The notes: generated by a model from the sequence alone, not told the origin. DNA of 64,000 nucleotides from a bacterium (GCA_024694145.1 JAILKD010000036.1:7066-71065); one strand, 5' to 3'. Counted from the stretch's first letter, positions 19,680 through 31,020 are shown. Made by a program: numbers and translations.

Positions 19680-22181
19680 TTAAATTAATTTATTTTTTAT
19701 TTTTTCTTCAGCCTCTTCACGCATTTTGTATTTTAAGATTTTTCCAGCTGCGTTCATAGGGAAGGAAGTAACTAAATCAATATATCTTGGTACTTTATGA
19801 CGAGCTATATTTTTAATCATATAATCTCTTAGCTCATCAGTAGTCATAGTTTCTCCATCTTTTACGATGACATAAGCATAAACTTCTTCACCATATTTTT
19901 CATCAGGTACACCAACAACTTGTACATCAGATACCTTTGGATAAGTATAAATAAAGTCTTCAAGTTCTTTTGGATATATGTTTTCTCCACCACGAATAAT
20001 CATATCTTTAAGTCTACCTGTAATTTTATAATTCCCATCAGGTCGTCTTAAAGCTAAATCACCTGTATGAAGCCATCCATCTTTATCAATTGCTTGAGCA
20101 GTTTCTTTAGGCATTTTATAATAGCCTTTCATAATATTATAACCCCTAGCAACGAATTCTCCAACAGTATTATCAGGTAAATCCTTATTAGTTTCAGGAT
20201 CTACTATTTTACATTCAATATTTGGAAGTGGTCCACCAACAGTTTCAACTCTAACATCAATTGGGTCTTCTGTAGTACTCATAGTACAACCAGGGCTTGC
20301 CTCAGTTTGACCATAAACTATTGTGATTTCCTTCATATTCATCTTTTCTACGACTTCTCTCATTACAGCAACAGGGCAAGGAGAACCTGCCATAATACCT
20401 GTACGCATATAACTGAAATCTACTTTAGGGAAGTATTCATGACTAAGCATTGCGATAAACATTGTTGGTACACCATGGAAGCATGTAATCTTTTCTTGAT
20501 TAATGCACTCTAAGGCAGGACGTGGTGAATAATAAGGTAGTGGATAGATCGATACACCATGAGTCATAGATGCAGTCATAGCAAGAACCATTCCAAAGCA
20601 GTGGAACATAGGTACTTGAATCATCATTCTATCTGCAGTTGATAGATCCATTCTATCTCCAATACATTTACCATTATTAACAACGTTATAATGTGTTAAC
20701 ATAACTCCCTTAGGGAATCCTGTAGTACCTGATGTATATTGCATATTACATACATCATGAATATCTACTTCTTTAGCTCTTCTTAACACTTCACTTAAAG
20801 GTATGTTTTTCCCTAAATCTAGCGCTTCTTTAAATGTCATAGAACCTGGATTTTTAAACCCAACTGTTATAACATGACGTAAGAAAGGAAGTGCTTTTGC
20901 ATGCATCTTTTCACCTAATTTTAAGCTTGCAAGTTCAGGACATAATTCATTAATAATTTCAGCATAATTAGTCTTTTGATAGCTTTCAGTTAATACTAAA
21001 ATTTTAGTATCAGATTGACGTAATAAGTATTCAATTTCATGAATCTTATATGCTGTATTAACTGTAACTAATATAGCACCAATTTTTGTTGTTGCCCAAA
21101 AAGCAATGTACCATTCTGGAACATTACTTGCCCAAACGGCAACCTTATCACCATGCTTAACACCTAAAGCAATTAAAGATTTTGCAAAATTATTTACATC
21201 ATCTCTAAATTCTTTATATGTTCTAGTATAGTCAAGTGTTGAATATTTAATAGCAATTTGATCAGGGAAATTTTCAACCATTGTATCTAAGACATCAGAA
21301 AACGTCTTTTCGATTAATGCTTCTTTTTTCCAAACAAATTTACCAGTATTAGATTTATTACTGAATAAATTTGATTTCCAACTTGGTTTATCTTTCAAAA
21401 AAGACATATAGTTAACAAATTGAGGGAATACAATATCAGCACCTAAAACTGAATCAATCCATTGAGGACGCATTTCAAGTGATAAATATCCTTCATAGTT
21501 AATACTTCTTAGTGCAGCAAATACATCTTTAATTGGAAGATCTCCTTCACCTAAAAGCACATAATTAACTTTACCATCAACTATTTTTGAATCTTTAACA
21601 TGAACATGCTTTACATAAGCACCAAAGTTTTTAATAGTGTCATTTACACTTTCATGAGCAAATTGGTAAGTATGGTGAAAATCCCATACTGCAGCCAAAT
21701 TATCATCAGCAAAACTATCAAGCATTTTCTTAATTCTTAAAGTATCAGCAAAAACACCCATAGTTTCAAGAAGTAATGTAATGCCGTTTTTTGTTGCAAA
21801 ATCTAATGTTTCATTAATAATAGATTTAACTAATTCATCTTCTTCTTCATTAGATAATTCAGTAACATGCATTGCATGAATTCTAATATATTCACATCTT
21901 AAATTCTTAGCTAAAATAATTAGTTCTTTAATTTCAGCAATTGTTTCATTTTTCTTTAGTGGATCTGCAAGGTTTCCTGTAGAATCAATACAAGAAATAG
22001 AAACATTGTTTTCGTTTAAATATCTTAATGTTCTTAAGACATTTTCATCACTAAACGGAGCATGTTCTTGGAAGCTTTTTGCATTATGAATTTCAATGCC
22101 TTCAATTCCAAGAGATTTGGCAATGGAAACTAATTCATTTAAATTAGAATTCCAACCATTTGTAGAGAAAGATAATTTCAT
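19680..22181 (-). CDS. fusion protein: xylose-isomerase-like TIM-barrel domain + AMP-dependent acyl-CoA synthetase/ligase
   Basis: The N-terminal ~270 aa (MKLSFSTNGW...IEGIEIH...HVHVKD...LSLE) look like the sugar-phosphate isomerase/epimerase TIM barrel. The C-terminal ~550 aa carry YTSGTTGFPKGVMLTH, GQTE, GWLHTGD and GKILK adenylate-forming motifs. Confidence 0.75.
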   Translation of the reverse strand: MKLSFSTNGWNSNLNELVSIAKSLGIEGIEIHNAKSFQEHAPFSDENVLRTLRYLNENNVSISCIDSTGNLADPLKKNETIAEIKELIILAKNLRCEYIRIHAMHVTELSNEEEDELVKSIINETLDFATKNGITLLLETMGVFADTLRIKKMLDSFADDNLAAVWDFHHTYQFAHESVNDTIKNFGAYVKHVHVKDSKIVDGKVNYVLLGEGDLPIKDVFAALRSINYEGYLSLEMRPQWIDSVLGADIVFPQFVNYMSFLKDKPSWKSNLFSNKSNTGKFVWKKEALIEKTFSDVLDTMVENFPDQIAIKYSTLDYTRTYKEFRDDVNNFAKSLIALGVKHGDKVAVWASNVPEWYIAFWATTKIGAILVTVNTAYKIHEIEYLLRQSDTKILVLTESYQKTNYAEIINELCPELASLKLGEKMHAKALPFLRHVITVGFKNPGSMTFKEALDLGKNIPLSEVLRRAKEVDIHDVCNMQYTSGTTGFPKGVMLTHYNVVNNGKCIGDRMDLSTADRMMIQVPMFHCFGMVLAMTASMTHGVSIYPLPYYSPRPALECINQEKITCFHGVPTMFIAMLSHEYFPKVDFSYMRTGIMAGSPCPVAVMREVVEKMNMKEITIVYGQTEASPGCTMSTTEDPIDVRVETVGGPLPNIECKIVDPETNKDLPDNTVGEFVARGYNIMKGYYKMPKETAQAIDKDGWLHTGDLALRRPDGNYKITGRLKDMIIRGGENIYPKELEDFIYTYPKVSDVQVVGVPDEKYGEEVYAYVIVKDGETMTTDELRDYMIKNIARHKVPRYIDLVTSFPMNAAGKILKYKMREEAEEKIKNKLI

Positions 22182-23566
22182 TAATTATTCTCCTCATCAT
22201 AAACTATCTTATTAACGGCTTGAATGTATGCTCTAATACTTGCTCCATTAATATCAGTTGATACACCACTACCAGAATATAGTTTACCATTATATCTTAA
22301 TTTAACTAGTGCTTCACCCATAGCTTCAGCACCTTCAGTAGCAGCTTTAATTTTAAAATCATCAAGTTCAAAGCTTCTACCAATAATTTGTTCGATTGCT
22401 TTAAATGAAGCATCAATTGGTCCATCACCATAAGCAATACCAAATAATTCTTCTTTTCCTTTATATAAAGTAATAGTTGAAGTAGATTTAATCTTATTTC
22501 CACTATTAATTACAAAGCTATCTAACTTATATGTTTGAGGAACTTGCATAGCTACATTAGCAATAATTACATCAAGTTCTTTTAATTTAATTTGTGCTTT
22601 TTTATTAACAGTATTTAAGAATGTTTCATAAACTGCATTTTGATCAGTTACACTTAAATCATAACCAAGTGTTTTAATAATTTCATTTAATTCTTCTTCT
22701 TTAACATTCTTATCTAATAGTTTAACATCAGATACTGTTTCATTTTTTGTAATAGATTCTTTATTAACATCATGTCCACTAAGAATTGAATCAATTGAAT
22801 CAATAACCTTAGTAGCATCAACATTCATTTCAAACTTATATTTATTACCTAAATTTTTAATAATAGTACAAATATTTCCTAGTTTAGGAAGTTCTTTTCC
22901 AAATATTGTAGTTTTTACAAAATCAACATCATTAATAGATGAAATTACTGAGGCACTACCAAGTGATAATTGGTTAGAGCATCCAATACCTAATTTATTA
23001 GTTTTTGTGTTTGCTTTAATGTTTTTGATAAATGCACTAAATTCGTTAGGTAAGGCAATTCCAGCACTATCCATTACTGATACATAATCAGCATCGATTG
23101 CTGCATTAATTGCATCATATAAATATTTTTCTTCAGCACGAGTAGCATCTAAGAAGATTGCTTCTACTTTTACATTTAAACCTTTTGCATAGCTAATTAA
23201 TTCTTTAATTGTTTCTAGCATCTTTTCAGGCTTCTTATGATATAAATATTCCATTTGCATTACTGTAGATGGAAATTCAATAGCAATAATTGAATCTTTA
23301 CTATTTTTAACTACATCATATGCTAAATCAATAGATTCTTTAGTAGCTACTGCACTACAGCTAATCTTAGAATTTTTAATAAATGTTGAAATAGTTCTAA
23401 ATAAGATGGAGTCAGTTTTAGGATCTTCTACTGGTCCTACACCAATAATATCTACTTTGAGGTCGTCTAAATGTCTAGCTATTTCCAGCTTTTCCTTGAA
23501 ACTCATTTCTAACTCTTTAGTTGTCAAGTTCTTTCTTAAAGTTTCATCGCAAATAATTACTTTCAT
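22181..23566 (-). CDS. 2-isopropylmalate/citramalate synthase-like protein with degenerate catalytic site and retained LeuA-type C-terminal regulatory domain
   Basis: The N-terminus ICDETLRKNLT replaces DTTLRDGEQ, and IGCSNQLSLG replaces the HxHNDxG metal site. The C-terminus GDGPIDASFKAIE...GVSTDINGASIRAYIQAVNKI matches the LeuA dimerisation/allosteric domain. Confidence 0.65.
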   Translation of the reverse strand: MKVIICDETLRKNLTTKELEMSFKEKLEIARHLDDLKVDIIGVGPVEDPKTDSILFRTISTFIKNSKISCSAVATKESIDLAYDVVKNSKDSIIAIEFPSTVMQMEYLYHKKPEKMLETIKELISYAKGLNVKVEAIFLDATRAEEKYLYDAINAAIDADYVSVMDSAGIALPNEFSAFIKNIKANTKTNKLGIGCSNQLSLGSASVISSINDVDFVKTTIFGKELPKLGNICTIIKNLGNKYKFEMNVDATKVIDSIDSILSGHDVNKESITKNETVSDVKLLDKNVKEEELNEIIKTLGYDLSVTDQNAVYETFLNTVNKKAQIKLKELDVIIANVAMQVPQTYKLDSFVINSGNKIKSTSTITLYKGKEELFGIAYGDGPIDASFKAIEQIIGRSFELDDFKIKAATEGAEAMGEALVKLRYNGKLYSGSGVSTDINGASIRAYIQAVNKIVYDEENN

Positions 23567-23593
23567 TTTGATATTCCTCCTTTTATTATTTTT

Positions 23594-24388
23594 CTACAAA
23601 TTAAGTAATTTTTTTATATTTTTACTTAAGATTAATTCGTTTTCTTCATCCGTTAATCCTAAGGAAAATAACCTTTCTAATTCTTCTTTAGCATCCCACA
23701 TAGGATAATCTGTGCCAAAGAAAAATCTATCTGCACCAAATTTTTTTATTAATTGTACTGCTTTATATTTTTCTAAGAAGTATAGAGAAGATGATGTATC
23801 AAAATATACATTATCATATTTTAAATTTTCATATTCTCTATAATTTCCCCAAGTTGAATACCCACCGAAGTGAGCTGCAATACATTTTAAATCTTTAAAT
23901 TTATTAGCTACTCTAACTAAACGTTCTTGGCTTGAATAGTCATATCTTTTATCACCCATATGGAACAATATAGGTAATTTGCCACTAGCAGCTTTATAAA
24001 TATTATCTAGTTTTGGATCATCTATATAGAACTTTTGAAAATCTGGATGTAATTTAATTCCTTTAAATCCATTATCTATTGCAAACTTTATTTCACTATC
24101 TATTTCATCAATTGTTAAATCAGGATGAAGAGTAATAAAGCCAATAAATTCTTTATGTGCTTTTAATTGTTCTAATATAAATGTATTAATTGAATGGACT
24201 TGATGTGGAGTAGTTGCAACTGAATGCACTAGATAACGTGATATTCCAGCCTTTTTTCCAACTTTTAAAAGTCCATCAACGGTTCCATCATAATCCATTG
24301 GGATACCATAGAAATCACCAATTGCCTTGCTTGCTTTTAAAGCAATTTTATCTGGATAAATATGAACATGTGCATCAATGATTTCCAT
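23594..24388 (-). CDS. metal-dependent amidohydrolase-superfamily TIM-barrel protein (Amidohydro_2-like)
   Basis: IIDAHVHIYP N-terminal HxH motif, with later KLHPDFQ, FHMGD, AAHFGG and FGTDYP. Start set to ATG 24388 after AGGTGA. Confidence 0.7.
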   Translation of the reverse strand: MEIIDAHVHIYPDKIALKASKAIGDFYGIPMDYDGTVDGLLKVGKKAGISRYLVHSVATTPHQVHSINTFILEQLKAHKEFIGFITLHPDLTIDEIDSEIKFAIDNGFKGIKLHPDFQKFYIDDPKLDNIYKAASGKLPILFHMGDKRYDYSSQERLVRVANKFKDLKCIAAHFGGYSTWGNYREYENLKYDNVYFDTSSSLYFLEKYKAVQLIKKFGADRFFFGTDYPMWDAKEELERLFSLGLTDEENELILSKNIKKLLNL

Positions 24389-24397
24389 AAAGATCAC

Positions 24398-26716
24398 CTA
24401 CTTATTACTCATTTTTCTTAAATCTGTACGTTTAATCTTACCACTAATTGTCTTTGGTAATTCATCAAAGAATTCAATAATTCTTGGATATTTATATGGT
24501 GCTGTATTAGTCTTTACATATTGTTGAATTTCTTTCTTCAAATCTTCTGACTTTTCTTTACCAGGCACTAATACGATATTAGCTTTAACAACTTGACCAC
24601 GAATTGGATCAGGTGCACCTGTAACAGCACATTCAAGTACATATGGTAATTCCATGATGACACTTTCAATTTCAAATGGCCCAATTCTATATCCACTTGA
24701 TTTGATAACATCATCAATTCTACCTACATACCAATAATAACCTTGTTCATCATGCCATGCTGTATCACCTGTATGATACATTCCATCATGCCATGCTTCT
24801 TTTGTTTTTTCAGGATTGTTATAATATTCTTTAAATAATCCACAAGGAATTCTTTTATCTGTTCTAATAATAATTTCACCAGTTTCACCGTCTTTACATG
24901 GATTACCATCTAAATCAACGATATCTACATCATATAGTGGACTTGGCTTACCCATAGAACCTCTAACGATTGTTGCACCAACGAAGTTACCGACTACTGC
25001 TGTTGTTTCAGTTTGTCCAAATGCTTCTACTAGATTTACACCTGTAGCTTTAATCCATTGTGAATATACTTCAGGGTTAAGTGCTTCACCAGCAATAGCA
25101 GCATATCTAACTGAACTTAAATCATATTTTGATAGATCTTCTTTGATGAAGAATCTATAAATTGTTGGAGGTGCACAGAATGTTGTGATATTGTATTTGG
25201 CAAACATTGGTAGGACATGTGAACTATCGAATTTATCAAAGTCATACGTGAATACTCCAGCTTCACATAACCATTGTCCATAAAGTTTGCCCCATAATGA
25301 CTTACCCCAACCTGTTTCACTCATTGTAAAGTGAAGTCCATCAGGTACTACATTTTGCCAGTATTTAGCTGTAATGAAATGTCCTAGTGGATATTTATGA
25401 CAGTGTGCTGTAAGTTTTGGATTTCCTGTAGTTCCACTTGTGAAAAACATTACCATTAAGTCATTTCCACATGCTGATGTTTCTTTTCTATCATAAACAT
25501 CAGAGTATTTTAAGAATTCATTATTATAATCATGCCATCCAGCAGGAATTGGATCATTTATTGTAGTTGCTGCTACTTTAATTAATTTGCAGCCAACTTC
25601 TTTCTCTGCTTCATCAATTCTATCTGTTACATCATCATCATCTGTAGCAATAATTGCTTTAACTCCTGCAGCTTTAAATCTATATACATAATCATGAACC
25701 ATTAAAAGATTTGTTGCTGGAATTGCAATTGCTCCAATTTTATGTAGAGCCATCATAGCATACCAGAAATGATAATGTCTTTTAAGTACAAGCATTACTC
25801 TATCACCTTTTTGAATTCCTAGTGATTCAAGATAGTTTGCTGTCATACTTGAATATCTAGAAATATCTCCAAATGTGAATGTTCTTTCATTAAAGTTCTT
25901 ATCTACATATAACATTGCTCTTTTGTTTGGCTTAGTTTTAGCTAATTCATCAACTATATCAAAAGCAAAGTTAAATTTATCTTCATTTTTAAATGATATA
26001 CCGTTAATTACTCCTTTTTCATCTAAAGTAGTATCAATCCACTTTTCATAAATAGGATCTTTAAGGTGTGCAGCATCTGTATTTGTTAATGATGAAGTTT
26101 GAGTAATACGCTTCATACTTGCTAAACCTGACTTATCAGGATCTACTACAAAGGCATAGAATACTAAATCTTCACCACCAAGTGCTGTTTCATCATGAGG
26201 AATTGATGAATCATGATAAATTGAATCTCCTTCATGAAGGATCTCAACATCATCACCAATAACCTTTTTCATTGTACCTTTAACAACGATATTTAATTCT
26301 TGTCCTCTATGAGTAACCATTTTCTTTGGTCCCATAAGAGCTTCTTCATTATAAGGAATAGTTACTAAGAAAGGCTCAACTAAACGGTTTTTAAATAGTG
26401 GAGCTAAGTGTTCATAAACAACACCATGCTTTCCGTAAATATTCATTCCTTCTTCTTTTCTAGTTAGTGTGTAATCCGCAAGTTTTGGAGTTCTACCATC
26501 AATAATTGCTGTAATTTCAATATTGCAGATTCTTGCAAACTTATAGATGAAAGAGAAAGTAATATCACTTCTACCTTCTTCTAAAGCCTGGTAATCTTCT
26601 AAGTCCATATCAGTCATTGCAGCAACTTCTTTATCAGTAAGCCCACAATCTTCTCTAACAGACTTAATACGACACGCGATGTCTTCAATTTCTTTTGTCA
26701 GTTTGTTAATAATCAT
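24398..26716 (-). CDS. fusion protein: XRE-type HTH + cupin domain + medium-chain (ACSM/MACS-type) AMP-forming acyl-CoA synthetase
   Basis: aa ~15-70 form an HTH (CGLTDKEVAAMTDMDLEDYQALEEGRSD). aa ~110-195 form a cupin (THRGQELNIVVKG...GDSIYHDSSIPH). The rest carries FFTSGTTGNPK, ETGWGK, GQTE, YHTGD, SSGYRIGPFEIES and GKIKR. Confidence 0.8.
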   Translation of the reverse strand: MIINKLTKEIEDIACRIKSVREDCGLTDKEVAAMTDMDLEDYQALEEGRSDITFSFIYKFARICNIEITAIIDGRTPKLADYTLTRKEEGMNIYGKHGVVYEHLAPLFKNRLVEPFLVTIPYNEEALMGPKKMVTHRGQELNIVVKGTMKKVIGDDVEILHEGDSIYHDSSIPHDETALGGEDLVFYAFVVDPDKSGLASMKRITQTSSLTNTDAAHLKDPIYEKWIDTTLDEKGVINGISFKNEDKFNFAFDIVDELAKTKPNKRAMLYVDKNFNERTFTFGDISRYSSMTANYLESLGIQKGDRVMLVLKRHYHFWYAMMALHKIGAIAIPATNLLMVHDYVYRFKAAGVKAIIATDDDDVTDRIDEAEKEVGCKLIKVAATTINDPIPAGWHDYNNEFLKYSDVYDRKETSACGNDLMVMFFTSGTTGNPKLTAHCHKYPLGHFITAKYWQNVVPDGLHFTMSETGWGKSLWGKLYGQWLCEAGVFTYDFDKFDSSHVLPMFAKYNITTFCAPPTIYRFFIKEDLSKYDLSSVRYAAIAGEALNPEVYSQWIKATGVNLVEAFGQTETTAVVGNFVGATIVRGSMGKPSPLYDVDIVDLDGNPCKDGETGEIIIRTDKRIPCGLFKEYYNNPEKTKEAWHDGMYHTGDTAWHDEQGYYWYVGRIDDVIKSSGYRIGPFEIESVIMELPYVLECAVTGAPDPIRGQVVKANIVLVPGKEKSEDLKKEIQQYVKTNTAPYKYPRIIEFFDELPKTISGKIKRTDLRKMSNK

Positions 26717-26754
26717 TTTTCTTTTCTCCTTTTTTATATATTAGTACTATATAT

Positions 26755-26997
26755 AAAAAAACGTCTCAAAATATCATTTGAGACGAGATAACCCGCGGTA
26801 CCACTCAATTTATGTATTTATATACATCCCTTTAGGATCCAACAATCCCTTTGCTTTAACGCAGCTATACGGAGCTTCCTAATAGAATATTCGTTCAGAG
26901 GCCCTACTCAAAAGCGATGGCTAAATGAATGACTCCTCGCTAATTTACACCAACCATTAGCTCTCTGTAGATTTATCATTCTAGCGTCTTTATCACG
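26755..26997 (-). promoter_or_regulatory. T-box riboswitch leader (tRNA-sensing transcription attenuator)
   Basis: The minus strand shows Stem I with AGAGAG and a GGTTGGTGTAA distal-loop motif, and an F-box-like GCGTTA. A Stem III hairpin ATGTAT/ATACAT precedes the T-box sequence AAATTGAGTGGTACCGCGGG (26811-26792). The terminator CGTCTCAAA-N6-TTTGAGACG plus T7 (26785-26755) has a 5' arm that also forms the antiterminator. Confidence 0.9.
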
Positions 26998-27023
26998 GCA
27001 TTTATTATATATATACTACATTC

Positions 27024-27052
27024 ATAATAGCACTTGAAAAATAATAATTCAA
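27024..27052 (-). promoter_or_regulatory. sigma-70-type promoter of the T-box operon
   Basis: Minus strand has TTGAAT (27052-27047), a 17-nt spacer and TATTAT (27029-27024), about 30 nt upstream of Stem I. Confidence 0.55.
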
Positions 27053-27076
27053 TTAGGAAAAAATATGTAAATGTTT

Positions 27077-28998
<1,922 letters not shown>

Positions 28999-29010
28999 AC
29001 ATCCTCCTAG

Positions 29011-30027
29011 TTATTTAATGAACATAGCATCACCAAAGCTAAAGAAACGATATCTTTCTTTAATAGCTTCACTATATGCATGCATTATATTGTCTTTTCC
29101 TGCAAGCGCTGAAACAAGCATTACAAGAGTTGATTTTGGCAAATGAAAATTAGTTATTAATGCATTAACACATTTAAATTTATAACCTGGATAAATGAAA
29201 ATGCTTGTTGATGCACTACATGGTTTAAAGCCATTATCATATGCCGATTCTAATGTTCTTGTTGATGTAGTACCAACACTAACAATTCTTTTTTTAAGTC
29301 TTAGCGCTTCATTTAATTTATCTGAAGCCTCTTTACTAATGATGTAAAATTCTTCATGCATTTTATGATCTTTTATATCATCTTCCATAACTGGCCTAAA
29401 AGTACCTAAGCCAACATGAAGTGTTACATACACTATTTCTATTCCTTTTGCTTTGATTTGCTCTAAAAGCTCTTTTGTAAAATGAAGACCAGCAGTAGGT
29501 GCTGCTGCACTTCCTTCATATTTTGCATAAACTGTTTGATATCTACTCTTATCTTCTAGTTTTTCTTTTATATATGGAGGTAGTGGCATTTCTCCTAATT
29601 CATCTAAAATATTCATTAATATTCCATCATAAATTAGTTTAAATACTCTAAGTCCATCTTCTTTTACTTCAATACATTTTGCCTTTAGTTTTTCTGAAAA
29701 CACAATAACATCATTAACGTTTACTCTTCTTGCAGGTTTACATAAAGATTCCCAAGTATCACTACCTAAATCCTTTAATAATAAAACCTCAATAAAAGCA
29801 TTTGTTAACATTTTTGTTCCATGTAATCTTGCAGGAATAACTTTTGTATCATTAAGAACTAAACAATCATTGCTGTCTAAATAATTAATTATGTTTTTAA
29901 AACTTTCATGAATTATTTCACCAGTATTCTTATCCAGTATTAATAATCTTGAATCACTTCTATTTTTTATAGGAGTTTGAGCTATTAAGGAAGGATCTAA
30001 TTCAAAATCAAAATCTTCTGTTCTCAT
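29011..30027 (-). CDS. queA: S-adenosylmethionine:tRNA ribosyltransferase-isomerase
   Basis: [29 protein letters not shown] and [11 protein letters not shown] motifs. Confidence 0.95.
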   Translation of the reverse strand: MRTEDFDFELDPSLIAQTPIKNRSDSRLLILDKNTGEIIHESFKNIINYLDSNDCLVLNDTKVIPARLHGTKMLTNAFIEVLLLKDLGSDTWESLCKPARRVNVNDVIVFSEKLKAKCIEVKEDGLRVFKLIYDGILMNILDELGEMPLPPYIKEKLEDKSRYQTVYAKYEGSAAAPTAGLHFTKELLEQIKAKGIEIVYVTLHVGLGTFRPVMEDDIKDHKMHEEFYIISKEASDKLNEALRLKKRIVSVGTTSTRTLESAYDNGFKPCSASTSIFIYPGYKFKCVNALITNFHLPKSTLVMLVSALAGKDNIMHAYSEAIKERYRFFSFGDAMFIK

Positions 30028-31016
30028 AATAACCCTCCATAGCTTTTATTAAGAAGCTTATACGCCTTTTCTGTTGCTATTCTACCTCTAGGTGTTCTTT
30101 GAATATAACCTTCTTGAAGTAAATATGGCTCATATACATCTTCAATAGTACTTGATTCTTCACCAATTGTTTGGCTTAATGCATCAATACCAACAGGACC
30201 TCCCTTAAAGTTTTCAACAATACCTTTTAAGTATTTAATATCTCTAAAATCTAGTCCATCAGGATTAATATCAAGTTTATCAAGTGCATTCTTAGTTATT
30301 TCTAAAGTGATTTTACCATCACCTAAAACTGATGCAAAATCTCTAATTCTTCTAAACAACCTATTAGCAATTCTAGGTGTTCCTCTAGAACGTCTTGCAA
30401 GTTCATAGCAAGCTTCTTCATCACAGTAACAATCATATATCTTTGCTGTTCTTATGATGATATTTTTTAATTCTTCAACAGTGTAATATTCTAAACGCTC
30501 TACTACACCGAATCTATCTCTTAAAGGACTAGACAAATCACCATAACGAGTTGTTGCTCCAATTAATGTGAACGGAACTAAATCTACTCTTATAGTTCTA
30601 CTTGTTGTATCTTTTCCAACAACTATATCTAATGAATAATCTTCCATTGCTGAATATAACATTTCTTCAACATATCTTGGAAGGCGGTGTATTTCATCAA
30701 TAAATAAAACCTCACCGGGTTTAAGTTGTGTTAAGAGTCCTGCTAAATCACCAGTCTTTTCTATGGCTGGTCCTGATGTAACAGTAATATCTACACCCAT
30801 CTCATTAGCAATGATTTGAGCAAGAGTTGTTTTACCAAGGCCTGGAGGTCCATATAAAAGTGTATGATCTATTGGTTCATCTCTTTTTTTAGCAGCTTTA
30901 ATGTATATATCAACCATCTCTTTAACCTTAGTTTGTCCAATATAATCTTTTAAAAACTGAGGTCTAAGTGTTTGATCATCATCATTCCTTTTATCAGGTG
31001 AAACTATTCTATCCAT
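30024..31016 (-). CDS. ruvB: Holliday junction helicase RuvB
   Basis: [30 protein letters not shown] and [10 protein letters not shown] motifs. Confidence 0.95.
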   Translation of the reverse strand: MDRIVSPDKRNDDDQTLRPQFLKDYIGQTKVKEMVDIYIKAAKKRDEPIDHTLLYGPPGLGKTTLAQIIANEMGVDITVTSGPAIEKTGDLAGLLTQLKPGEVLFIDEIHRLPRYVEEMLYSAMEDYSLDIVVGKDTTSRTIRVDLVPFTLIGATTRYGDLSSPLRDRFGVVERLEYYTVEELKNIIIRTAKIYDCYCDEEACYELARRSRGTPRIANRLFRRIRDFASVLGDGKITLEITKNALDKLDINPDGLDFRDIKYLKGIVENFKGGPVGIDALSQTIGEESSTIEDVYEPYLLQEGYIQRTPRGRIATEKAYKLLNKSYGGLL

Positions 31017-31020
31017 AGTA

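Noticed and set aside
24724-25320. Small same-strand out-of-frame ORFs inside the MACS gene (24724-24909, 25117-25320). Similar ones occur inside glgB, valS, the hsp70 gene and the J-protein gene.
   Set aside because: They are fully nested in strongly supported genes, with no RBS and no motifs.
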